Origin: Lama guanicoe
Lineage: Eukaryota
Reading direction: 5' to 3'
DNA: 64,000 nucleotides
NCBI GenBank assembly: GCA_013239625.1
Contig: MU053376.1
Span: 2,631,078-2,695,077, forward strand
Part shown: positions 11,755 through 22,199 of the stretch, one piece after another
Layout of the letters: each line of letters opens with the position of its first letter
Numbering within the stretch: the stretch's first letter is position 1
Program-made: the position numbers and the translations under genes
Notes under the pieces: generated by a model
Told to the model about the DNA's origin: nothing
The model's input: the letters and a program-made list of their open reading frames with translations, nothing else
Database searches by the model: none

Positions 11755-12690
11755 GACGCGGTTAAGGGAGTGAGAGGGCAGGACACAGGCTGGGAAGTGA
11801 TATTTGTCATATGTACATCCAGTTGAGAACTTATACCCAAAATGTGTAAGAAACTTTTACAAATCAATCAGAAAAGTATAATGAACCCATTACAAGAATG
11901 GCCCCTACGAGCCTTCACAAAAAGGGCTATTCAGCTGGCCGATGATATATGAAAAGATGACCAACTTAATTTAGTCACCAGGGAAATTAAAGTGAAAACC
12001 ACAGCGTCATTTTGCCCCACACCCAGAATTGCTAAAAAGACAAAATACCAAGTGTTAGCAAGGATGTGTTGCAGCCATAACTTGGAAAAATTGCTGGTGA
12101 AAGTGTAAATTTGTCCAACTGCTTTGGAAAATTCTTTGGCAGTAACTCCCAAAGTGGAACACATGCATACTCTGTGATCTAGGAATCCCACTCCTGGGTA
12201 TTAACCCTCACAAACGCACACATCTGTCCAACAATGGACACGTATTAGAATGTTGGTAGCAGTGCTGTCTGCAATAGCCCCAAGCTGGAAACTACCAAAG
12301 TGCTATGTGCAGGAGAGGGAATAAATTAATTGCGGTATATCACATGATGAAATACGCCACAACAATGGAATGTATGATTATATGGATGAATTTCAAAACA
12401 TAAAACATTTAATGGAAGATGCCAGGCACAGAATAGTACATACAGCTTTATTTCATTTATGTAATGTACAGAAACAAGCAAAAGTAATTCACAGTGTTCA
12501 AAGTCAGAAGAGCAATCCCTCTTGGGAATGGGGCATGAGCAGGGCTACGAAGGACCTGGTAACGTTTGGTTACTTCATCTGGATGGTGTGACATGCGTGT
12601 GAGTCAATATATAAAAAGTCAGCTAGCTCTGTACTAAATTGTACTTTTCATGTATCACATATTTTAATATAAATCAAATAAAAAATTGGA
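11755..12690 (+). mobile_element. Ancient L1 (L1ME-like) ORF2 end and 3'UTR, right part
   Basis: 'gttaagggagtgagagggcaggacacaggctgggaagtgatatttg' continues the L1 sequence interrupted at 9979. Confidence 0.8.
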
Positions 12691-13349
12691 AAGGAGGTGA
12701 TCTTTCATACCCTAGTGATCTGGGGCGGTAATGGCAGGTTTTCCCATTTTCTTAGAATATTTTTCCAATAAGGCATTCAGATACAGGAGAAATTGCCATT
12801 TTCCTCAGTGTAGAATCCATCTTTTCAATGCTTTTATTGCCTGCCTTCCTACAACTACACCTGATGTCCCTGAGGTTACTATGCCACCAGTTTTGCGGGA
12901 CACAGCGTCTGAGTCCCAGTGATCAGATGTTTCATCTGTGCTGTTTTGGCTCCCTCTATCGGCTCACTGATTTTCACCAGGGTGGGAAACAATAGCCAGG
13001 GTATTAGATTTTTTGTTTATTGTTCCCCAGATTATTCCACTAGACCAGCTCCTTGGGAGCTGAGGGCATACTTTTTCTGTATTCTTACAGTTCTGTTCTG
13101 TATCTTGACTGTGGTGGTGGATACACAAGCCTACATATGGGATAAAATTATATAGAATTGAAATTCACTCACTTATGAATATAAACATTTGAATAAGGGC
13201 TGTGGGTTGTATCAATGTCCATACTCATTTATTTATTAGCTCATGGTTATGCCCTTTCATGATTGGAGGAGGGAGAGAGTGCTTTCTAGACCTTAACCCC
13301 ATTTTCATACCTTCACTGTGCCTACCTAGATATCTATTTTACATTATTT

Positions 13350-13540
13350 AAAAAATACTAGGTTATAGTGCATAGCACATACCTGGTTCAGATCCTGGCC
13401 CAGCCACTTACTGTTTATAAATTTTTTGGCAAGTGTTACTTAACATTTTTTGAGAAGAGGATAAAAAGATCTTAAGATTGTTGTAAGATTAAGTAGAATA
13501 TTTATGTAAAGTGCTTAGAACATTGTAGGTGCTTAATAGA
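13350..13540 (+). mobile_element. MIR SINE
   Basis: 'cctggttcagatcctggcccagccacttact...tgtaaagtgcttagaaca' MIR core and tail. Confidence 0.75.
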
Positions 13541-14269
13541 ATAGATAATTCAAAACTGTCTTCTAGTGAATTTTTTTCTAACTAATATTCAGTATTATCT
13601 TGGATTCTCCTTCTAAATTAAAGCAAATTTACTGTGCATTTAGTTGCTTTCCTTCCTCTCTGGGAGGCTGAAATTTGAGTGTGCCATACTCAGTATTTCA
13701 CCATCATTTACCCAGTTAGTGAGAGACATCACTTCAGATTTTGAACTCTTATAACAGTCTGCAGCTGAACTTGGTGGGAAGGTCAACTTCAGATATTCCC
13801 CCAAACTCACTGTCTTCTGTTAATAAACGTCAGCATAACTTCAAGTATTACTTCCCATGAAAGATAAAAATTATGCCTGTACACACTTGTCTTTGTTGCT
13901 TTTGTCAGAGATGTGACACAGGACTGGATGTATCTCTTGGTATAGAATATATTCCAAATATTCCTCAAGTCTTCCAGAACCTCCCCCTCTGTATATTTCA
14001 CCACTCCCAACCACTTCAGTGCCTGGTGCATGCTTTCTCAGCGCTCCAGGCACCACTTTTCCCTCTTCTGACAGATGGAACGGCACCAGAGGGTGACCTA
14101 TTAGGTGTCTTAACTCAAGCAAGAATAACAAGAAGGAATCTCCCCTTCAGATGTTGTCTGAGTCATTTTTTTCCAGGCCTGTCTGTATTTCTGAGTCTTT
14201 ACATATTTCACTTTCCCCACTAGGCTTTAGAACTTTGGGAAGAAAATTTAACTTTCTCCATCAGCTTTT

Positions 14270-14415
14270 TTTTAGTTTAACTAATTTTTTTGGGGGGGGG
14301 AGGTAGTAATTAGGTTATTTATTTATTTATTTATTTATAACGAAGGGACTCGGGATTGAAGCCAGGACCTTGGGCGTGCTAAGCAGGCACTCTACCATCA
14401 GCTATGCCCTCTCCC
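14270..14415 (-). mobile_element. Camelid tRNA-derived SINE (vic-1-like) with TSD
   Basis: Reverse strand has a tRNA-like head (gggcatagctgatggtagagtgcctgcttagcacg...ggcttcaatcc), then an AT tract, 'cctaattactacctccccc' and an A-tail; TSD ctccatcag(c/t)tttt at 14256-14269 and 14416-14429. Confidence 0.88.
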
Positions 14416-15563
14416 CTCCATCAGTTTTTGTTTTGTTTGTTTTAAAATTTCATCCAACTGTGGGCAGTTCAAACTCATAATGAAAGTCGCAACTCTTCCT
14501 AACTGGGAGTGCTTCTCAGGAATGGCTTCCTCTCTCACTAGTTTCCAAACTCCCCTGGACTTAATGTTCATCCTTATCTAACTCAGGTTTTACGTTGAGG
14601 ATGGTTTGTTGAAATCTCCCACTCCGAACCAAAGTGCTTAAAAAAACCAAAAATACAAAAAAACAAACAAACCCTGTTTATCATGTTACTCAGAAATTAT
14701 TTACATTCCTAGACGGCAATTTCCCCACTCCCACCACAAAAAGATTAGGGTTACACTTCTAGGTACTCTCAGAGTTCCACAAGGCTGCTTGCTCCTGGCA
14801 TCCGATCTTGATAAAATTGAGGTTTCTTGTTGCCTTTGATTCAGTTGATTCTGGAAGCCCTAATTCTGCCCTCTTCTGCTCAGCTGCTTCCTAACTCAGA
14901 GCTCAGTACTGATCTGTATGTTACCCTAAGGTTTTGCTGATGGTTGTGCAACTGAATCCCAGTCCGGAGAGTGTTTCTGCTGGTGCACTCTCTTCTAGAC
15001 ATTTTTCTGGTGAAATCTGAGAACTTGGAGCTTTTGTTCATGCAAGGTTGTCAACATTTGCCATAAGCCTTAAGCCAGGGAGCAAGTCCCAAGTTCTGTG
15101 CCGCCTCCTTGAAGTTCACCTCTTTGGGGTTCCAGCCTTGCTCCTGTGCCCCGCCAGCCTATGGGGTGAGAACAGTAGTCGCTGGTTCTCAGGGCCCCAG
15201 GAAAGCAATAGAGAAGTGTCAATTAATACAGAAGGTAGTTTAGACCAATCAATTGCAAATGTATTCATTCTGTATGAGAAATTTTAAACATATGATCAGA
15301 TTGAAATAATTTACACTACGTTGTGGGCAGTATCATACTTGTTTTATTAATACTAATTTTTATGGACAGTGAACAAATTGCTTTATCAATGGTTTAATAA
15401 ATTATTTATTCATTTCCATTATAGAAATGGAAGTGTTGAATTCTAAAATATTTTCCAAAGGTTTTAATACTTTAAGGTTTATACTATTACCATTACTAGA
15501 AAAAAAATCTGCTGTCTGGTATAAATTTCTGGGGCTTTGCTCTAGTAAATGGATAATGAATTG

Positions 15564-15738
15564 TGGGGATGAAACACACAGGGAGAATATAGCCAATAAT
15601 ACTGTAATAACTTTGCATGGTGACAGGTGGTAGCTAGATTTATCATGGTGATCATTTTGAAATGTAAAGAAATATCAAATATGTTGTACCTCTGGAACTA
15701 ACATAATATAGGTCAATTATGCTTCAATGAAAAAAATA
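15564..15738 (+). mobile_element. Short L1 3' end
   Basis: 'gagaatatagccaataatactgtaataactttgcatggtgacag...gtcaattatgcttcaatgaaaaaa'; aatgaattg on both sides. Confidence 0.8.
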
Positions 15739-16169
15739 GAATGAATTGCAAGTAACTTTTCTATATATGAATAGGAACTCACATGTGCTTATGATTTCTT
15801 TATTTTTACATTAGTTTATTATCCACAGTGATATTTTTGTTTTTGGCTGATTGTCATATGTTTACCATCTATTAAGCAGAAGTGACACTGTAATTGTTAT
15901 CACTAATTCTGAGAAAATTAACTAGAGTATAAAGTCATAAGTTATGTGTACAAAAGTTATCTGTAAACAGAAAGGTATTTCATAAATGTAAAGGTTTATT
16001 TTTTGCAGTTGGTAATTTTCATAAATGAAATAAGAGTGAAAAGATTTGACAGTACCTGTAGGACTCCATGGGAAATGTGACCGGAGCATTTTATTATGCT
16101 TTATATAAATGAATATCTATGCATTAAAGGTGATTTTTTATTAGACAATACGATTTCTTCTTTTTCCCT

Positions 16170-16570
16170 TTAGATAATTTAAAACATATACAAAGCTCCA
16201 TATACTTATTATTACCCAGCTTCAGCAATTATCAACTCCTGGCCATTCTTGTTTTATCCATATCCACACCCATATTGCCCACTCAAAGTTATTTAGAAGG
16301 CAACCTTAGACACATTATTTCATTGCTAAATATTTCAGTATTATTTTTAAAAGATAAGCCTTTAAAAAAACATAACCACAAACCCTTATCATATCTAAAA
16401 TTCAATAATAATTCTATAATATCAAATATTCTAGTCAGTGTTCCAATTTTCCTCATTGCCTTATAAATGTTTTTTTGTAATGGTTTATTTGTTCAGAATA
16501 GAATCCAAATAAGGTCTACATGCTGCAATTGGCTGATATGTTTTTTAAGTGTCATTTAATTTATAGAAAG
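16170..16570 (-). mobile_element. Old L1 (L1MC/ME-like) 3' fragment
   Basis: 'cccagcttcagcaattatcaactcctggccattcttg...tgcaattggctgatatg' antisense L1M 3'UTR signature. Confidence 0.7.
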
Positions 16571-16639
16571 CTCCCTTTTTCTTGTATGATTTTTAATCTG
16601 CATTAATTTCTACAAAGGATCTGAAGGTATCTTTATTTT

Positions 16640-16933
16640 GAAGCCAGTTGGTTAGAATTTGTGGCTTCGTGAAGTTCAAGGAGGAGGTTGTTGGAACTTC
16701 TAGTCTAAAGTCGATCAGTCAGAAGCAGAGGTGACAACCTGGGCTTGTGACTGACATCTGAAGTGGGTGTCTGGAGCAGCAGTCTGGTAAGGCTTAACTT
16801 GTGGGATCAGACATTATTTCTGGATAGAGTGTCAGAATGGAATTGAATTGTGGGACACCCAGCTCGTGTCCGAAGAATCGCTTGTTGGAGGTGTGAGGAT
16901 CCCCTTTCTCCACTTAAACTGGGTTCAAGAACA
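16640..16933 (+). mobile_element. MER21-like LTR 3' fragment
   Basis: Shares 'gtcagaatggaattgaattgtgggacacccagct' with the LTR at 26150-26190. Confidence 0.7.
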
Positions 16934-17279
16934 TCAAAAAGAACAGGGAAGCTGGGAATTGCATTAGATGGGAAGGAGGATCGAGGGAATGGTCGGGAAA
17001 AGCTGCATAAGTAGAGATGTGGGAACACAAGGCAAGATGGGAGAATGCTCTCTGAGCAGCAGTTTTCAATGAGAAAAGCCAGAAGAAAGTTTCAGTGAGA
17101 AAACCCTAGGGTTGCTATACAGTTTTAAGCTTTTATTTATAAAAGACACAAAATTTTGAAGACTTTTCTTGTCCCAGTAAGATGTCTTCCCTAAAATCTC
17201 TTTTTAAAAATTATCTGTAGTTAACAATGTATTAAATTTTTAAGTTAAATTCTCCAATAAGGTTTTATGAAATTTGATA

Positions 17280-18250
17280 CAATGACTTTAATATAGACTA
17301 AATCTTATTTTGTTATCTAAGTCATTAAAAAACATTTTCTAAGATTCTTTCCTATAAAAGATTCAAAAACGCAGAGTACTCTTGGGGTTGGTGTGTAAGG
17401 AGGTGCTTGGGGATTCTGGGTTTGCACAATCCTTATCAGTTTTCACAGAACAATGTCTCTTTATCACAAATGTTTCTTTAGTAACTTCAGTTTAAAAAAA
17501 GACTCCTTCCCTACTGACTCTAAGCTTTATTACTGAAGGTCCTTCATTGACCCCAAATAGCCCATTTTCTCCTATAGATCACTTAGCTGTGTGCTGTTTT
17601 CTTTAATGCATCTATTTTCGAACAGGTCGTCCCAGGTATGTGAACAGGAGAGTTACTGACCAGAACTCTAGGCTTCGGTACTTTCTCCAATACACGATGC
17701 GCTTTTGCTCCATTTCTGGTTGGTCAGCAGAATTAACATGCTAGTTGTTCTTCCAGATATTTGGGGAGATTCCCTTGCTGCTTATACCCCCTCTCTGCTT
17801 AAACTGATGCTGATTACTACTTTAGAACAGATATGGATTCAGGTCTCAGGGAAACATCTTGCTAAGATCCTAAGTACTTTTCTGGGATTTCCTGCCCATC
17901 AGTCATTCCTGGTTATACTTCATTTTCCAATCTTCCTTCTTCCACAAGACTTCCTAAAGGAGCACACCATTTACCAGGATGGGGACACTTTCTGAAATCA
18001 CCATTTTGATTTTCTCTTCCAGTTAGACACTGAGGATTACAAGATAGTCTTGAAAGGCAAAATCTCTTATAGGGTGTCCCAAGCTCCCAGGACTCAAAAG
18101 TGGCCGCCCTGGGAGTTACGTAAATTGTTTCTGGAGACTGTAAAACTGGAGTGAGAAAGAAACAAGGAGAAAATTGCTTGAGGCTTTCACTTGGATATAT
18201 GCTCAAGAAAGAAGCTGCAGTATCATTATACTTCACTGTGTGGGAGAGTT
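17280..18250 (+). pseudogene. Decayed duplicate of the C4BPA-like gene 3' end: CCP8-like relic ~17358-17480, homologous intron, oligomerisation pseudo-exon 18023-18181
   Basis: Pseudo-exon after ttttctcttccAG reads, with two indels, LDTEDYKIVLKGK/LL*GVPSSQDSKVAAL/ELRKLFLETVKLE*ERNKEKIA*, collinear with 3171-3341. Intron 17710-17732 is 22/23 identical to 2911-2933. 17434-17452 matches CCP8 exon 2587-2606. 'GDSGF' (17409-17423) corresponds to CDPGY. Confidence 0.88.
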
Positions 18251-18559
18251 CTTTTCCTGCCACACTCACACAAAATACAGCATTTTTTTTCCTTACTAAT
18301 TTCTACAGTTGTGACTTCCTTATTCTCCTTTGAATAGCTGTAGAATCTGTAGTGATGCTCATTCTGGCTATTGTTAATTCGTATCTTCTCTCTTTTTTCT
18401 TCCTGGCCAATCTGCCATAGATTTATCAATTTTATTGATACATGCTTTATGGCTTAGAATGTGGCACTTGCTAAGTGTTCCATGTGTTCTGGTAAAGGCT
18501 GTGTACTTAGCTGCCGAGTCACACTTCCTATAAAAGTCAGTTAGGTAAAATTGGTGGCT

Positions 18560-18850
18560 AATCTGTCATTTTTCAATAGTTAAATTTTAAAAAGTTAAAA
18601 ATAAACACATGAAATTAATTTTAATAATACATTTTATTAAACCCAAATTTGCAAAATATTCTCACTTCAACATGTAAACAATATAAAAGTTATTAGTGTG
18701 ATAGATAACATTCTTTTCATCATACCGTATCTTCAAAGTGTGGTATGCATATTTTTATTTACAGTACATCTAAATTTGAACTAGCCCTATTTGAAGTGCT
18801 CAAAACAACATATGGCTAATGGCTACCATATTATATAATGTAATTCTAGA
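18560..18850. mobile_element. hAT-Charlie MITE fragment (MER33-like)
   Basis: 'gaaattaattttaataatacattttatt...tgaactagccctatttgaagtgctc...ggctaatggctaccatatt' typical of MER33/MER3. Confidence 0.7.
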
Positions 18851-19689
18851 TTTTCCACGATACAGATGTTAACAAATATTAAAATAAAATATATATTTAT
18901 GTTTTCATAATCCTGGGGATGTATTTGACCTTTTAAAGTATATCTGAGAATTGGGAAGCTGTAAAGAAGAAACATACAGAGAATGCAGTGCCAGGTACAA
19001 GACAGGAGGATCTTTATTTATGGGTAGGATATGAAATATTACAGGAATGCTTGTACTTGAAGTTAAGGAGTAATCGAGATTAAAATAACTCAATGCTCTA
19101 ATTCCTCCAGCTCTTGAAAATTCACATAGTAATGGTAAGTTACCAAACCTTAAAATATTGAGTTCTGATTTAGAAACTATTTCTACAATTGTGTACAAAA
19201 GTGACAGACTTTTATCTCAAGCCATACAGAAGAGCCATTTTGTACTATAGACACTAGTGCAGATTTGGGGAACTAGAGATGGTGTAGGAAGGAGCTCAGG
19301 CTTCTGAAGGGTCCTGGGGGGAGTGGGATGAGTAATTGAGTGGATTCACCACCTCCAATCAGAAAGCTATTCAGAGGAGACGGGGTTGGAGACTCCCCTC
19401 TTATGGCAGATGGCAAAAAATGTCCACAGATGCTTCCTGGTCTTGTATCTACATCTTTAATAATCCCTTCCATTGTAGAAGCTTTACTCATCCCTTGTGG
19501 GCTGCTTTGTCATTTGCTTTGTCCAATGGGTCAAAAAGTAGCAAATACGATGCAAGCAGAACCTTGCAAATCACTTTGTGCATTAGGATCCCCCCCATCC
19601 ACCACCATGTGAATAAGTCCAGGCTAACTTGCTGGCTGATGAAAGAAATTTGCCTCTTCTTTGCCTTAGACAAAATAGGTAAAGAAAAT

Positions 19690-19900
19690 TGAGAAGTACA
19701 AACTTCTATAAGATAAATATGTCACAAGGTTGAACTGTAAACTTAGGGAATACAATCAATAACATTCTGACAAATCTGTGTATTAACAGATGTAACTGAT
19801 TTTATTAATCATTTCATAATGTATACAAATATCAAGTCACTATGTTGCACACCTGAAACTAATATAATATCGTATTTTAATTATAACTTAATTTAAACAT
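19690..19900 (+). mobile_element. L1 3' end
   Basis: 'gtacaaacttctataagataaat...cactatgttgcacacctgaaactaatataatatcg' L1 3'UTR. Confidence 0.75.
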
Positions 19901-19959
19901 TCTTAAGCGAAAAGAAGCTGTAAGAACTTGATGTGGTCCTTCTCTGGACCACAGGGAGG

Positions 19960-20280
19960 TTGGGAGGAGCTAGGTTGGCTTACATAGCAAATAAATCTCA
20001 AATCTCAAGGGCTTTACAAACAAGGTTTATTTCTTGCTATCACTACATACCCATCTTGAGTTGGCAGAGTGGGCTTTGCCTGGGGGCCCATGCAAAAGAA
20101 GCATCTGCTGCAGAGGGAAGGAATGGAACAATTATGCTGGCTCCTTAAGAGTGCACATTTTACTGGAGGAGGAAGCAAGTCACTTTAAGGGAACTTTAAA
20201 GGCACCAGGGAAGAACAACCTTTCTATGTATCTGGAAAGAGAAGATCAGAAAAGTTGGTGAACTACACTAATGACCTTAC
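19960..20280 (-). mobile_element. Old MaLR LTR (MLT1-like)
   Basis: 'aaatctcaaatctcaagggctttacaaacaaggtttatttcttgct' antisense MLT1 signature. Confidence 0.55.
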
Positions 20281-20842
20281 TGGGAATATAGAAATTTCTA
20301 GCAAGTTCTATAATGTATATAGGCTTATTCTTTTGGGGTTTTTTGTGAATGCCAATCAAGGGCAATTTCTTGGCTGATCACAAAGGAAGCAGAGACTATT
20401 TTCACAAAAACAGATAGAGAAGCAGAGGCAGAGGGAGTCAGGAGGATGTATGGACCAGAAGACTCAACAGGAAAGGTATGAACTGCTGTTCTGGCCAAGA
20501 TTATTTGTAAAAGCAATAAACTGAAAATAATCCAAGTGTTTATCAATAGAGGACTGGTTTCAAATATACTGTGCTTATAAACAATGTACTTTATTCATTC
20601 ACTTATTCATCAAATATTCAGAGTGCCTGCTATGTGCCAGGCAATGTCCTAGGCACTAAAGATAGAGCAGTGAATATTAAAAAACCATTAAAATTAAATG
20701 CATCTATTAAAAAGAATAGGTGTATTTTTATGCACTCATGTGGAAAGATATCTAAAATGTATAAAACGGAAAAAACATGTTCTAGGACAACATGCATCCG
20801 AGGCTTCTATTTGCATAAGAAATTTTTATACAGATGTGTGGG

Positions 20843-20872
<30 letters not shown>
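20843..20872. repeat. (TA)n microsatellite
   Basis: tatatatatacatatatatatatatatatt. Confidence 0.9.
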
Positions 20873-20873
<1 letters not shown>

Positions 20874-21039
20874 TTTTTTTTATTACATACATTTACACAC
20901 GCTCTTATAGTAATTATCTCTGGGGTATGTATTTGGGGGATGGTTAGGAAGAGAAAGAATTTATTTGACATTTTATATTCATATAATTTGAGCATGTATA
21001 ATATGTAGATTATATATAACATAATAATCTATTTTTTAT

Positions 21040-21130
21040 ACTTATAATAATAATAGTAACAGATTATTAAATTTTATTATTTTTTATTTATTATTTTTAT
21101 TTTTTATTATTTTATATTTTATTATTATTA
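21040..21130. repeat. AT-rich low-complexity tract (TTA/TTTA)
   Basis: Directly visible. Confidence 0.85.
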
Positions 21131-21467
21131 AACTAAAACGTTATTAAAATTTCAAAGACTAACAAAAATTATATTTTGCTGCTAAAGTAAAGATAAAGAG
21201 AAGGCAGTAGCTGAAGCAGGTTGGCTGATGTCAGGTAAAGCGATGAATTTGCTACTACAGATGGAGGTGGCATAAAGGAGGCTGGGGTGGGAAAGTGGTC
21301 CGCGTTTCCTGATAAAGCCGCAGAAGATGAGAGTCAGGGCTCAGATGAAGAAACGTCAGATAGGAGAATGGACGTCTCCATTTTACTGGGGATAAAAGGA
21401 ACGAATGGGTGGGGATGCTGTCTGGTTGTATATAAAGCGTCTTTATCACAGCTTCTGTTTTCCCACT

Positions 21468-21605
21468 GAAGTATGAAAATGAATACATGTATGTTCATGT
21501 GTGGCTGAAGCATTGTGCTGTGCACCAGAAATTGATGCAACATTATAAACTGACTATACATCAATAAAAACTTATATATACAATTTTAAAAACCCTAAAA
21601 AAAAA
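21468..21605 (+). mobile_element. Short L1 3' tail
   Basis: 'gaagcattgtgctgtgcaccagaaattgatgcaacattataaactgactatacatcaataaaaa' followed by an A-rich tail. Confidence 0.8.
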
Positions 21606-22199
21606 GAAAGTAACTACACCTCCTCAAAGAACAGGAAGAAGTAGGGAGGTTTGTATTTTAAGAAACTTAGAGAAAGATTAAAAATGTTGTAGAAATCTTA
21701 CTGAAGGGAGTTACAATTTCCAGAGGGTCTGAGTTGTGGTCCAGGTGAAGTTGGTGTCATAAATTTATAGTAGTACCAATCTGTTTAATTTTTATATATT
21801 TCTTCCCCCCAGAGCTCTGTTGGCATAGAACTGAGGTCTGAGTCATTTAAGCTTTGGGTTTTGTTAAATGGATGTGATGAAAGGACCATGGGGAAAAGAG
21901 TTTAGTATACTGATAAAAGATTGGAATGTGTGCCACTGACTCTTGGTCTGAAGAGGGGCTGGTGATGTTGGGGGTAAAAAAGAGGATTTTAATAGCAGGA
22001 AACTATTCAAAATGAACAAACTGGAAAGACAAAAGTGTCGTCACAGCATGGTGTACCTGAATTTTCTATTCTTTAGGCAAAACAGTTGTGAGTAATGACC
22101 AAGTCCAGGGTGGCCATTGGAGAGGATGCTGTGTGTCACAGAGTGAGGAGATTATCGCTGGAGATACAGAGTTCAAGGAACTAGGAGGCCAGGTCCTCA

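Noticed and set aside
14340..14415. tRNA-like sequence as a tRNA gene
   Set aside because: It is the head of a SINE, with tail motif, A-tail and TSD.
20571..21022. Overlapping ORFs up to 145 aa
   Set aside because: They run through L2/L1 fragments and a (TA)n microsatellite.
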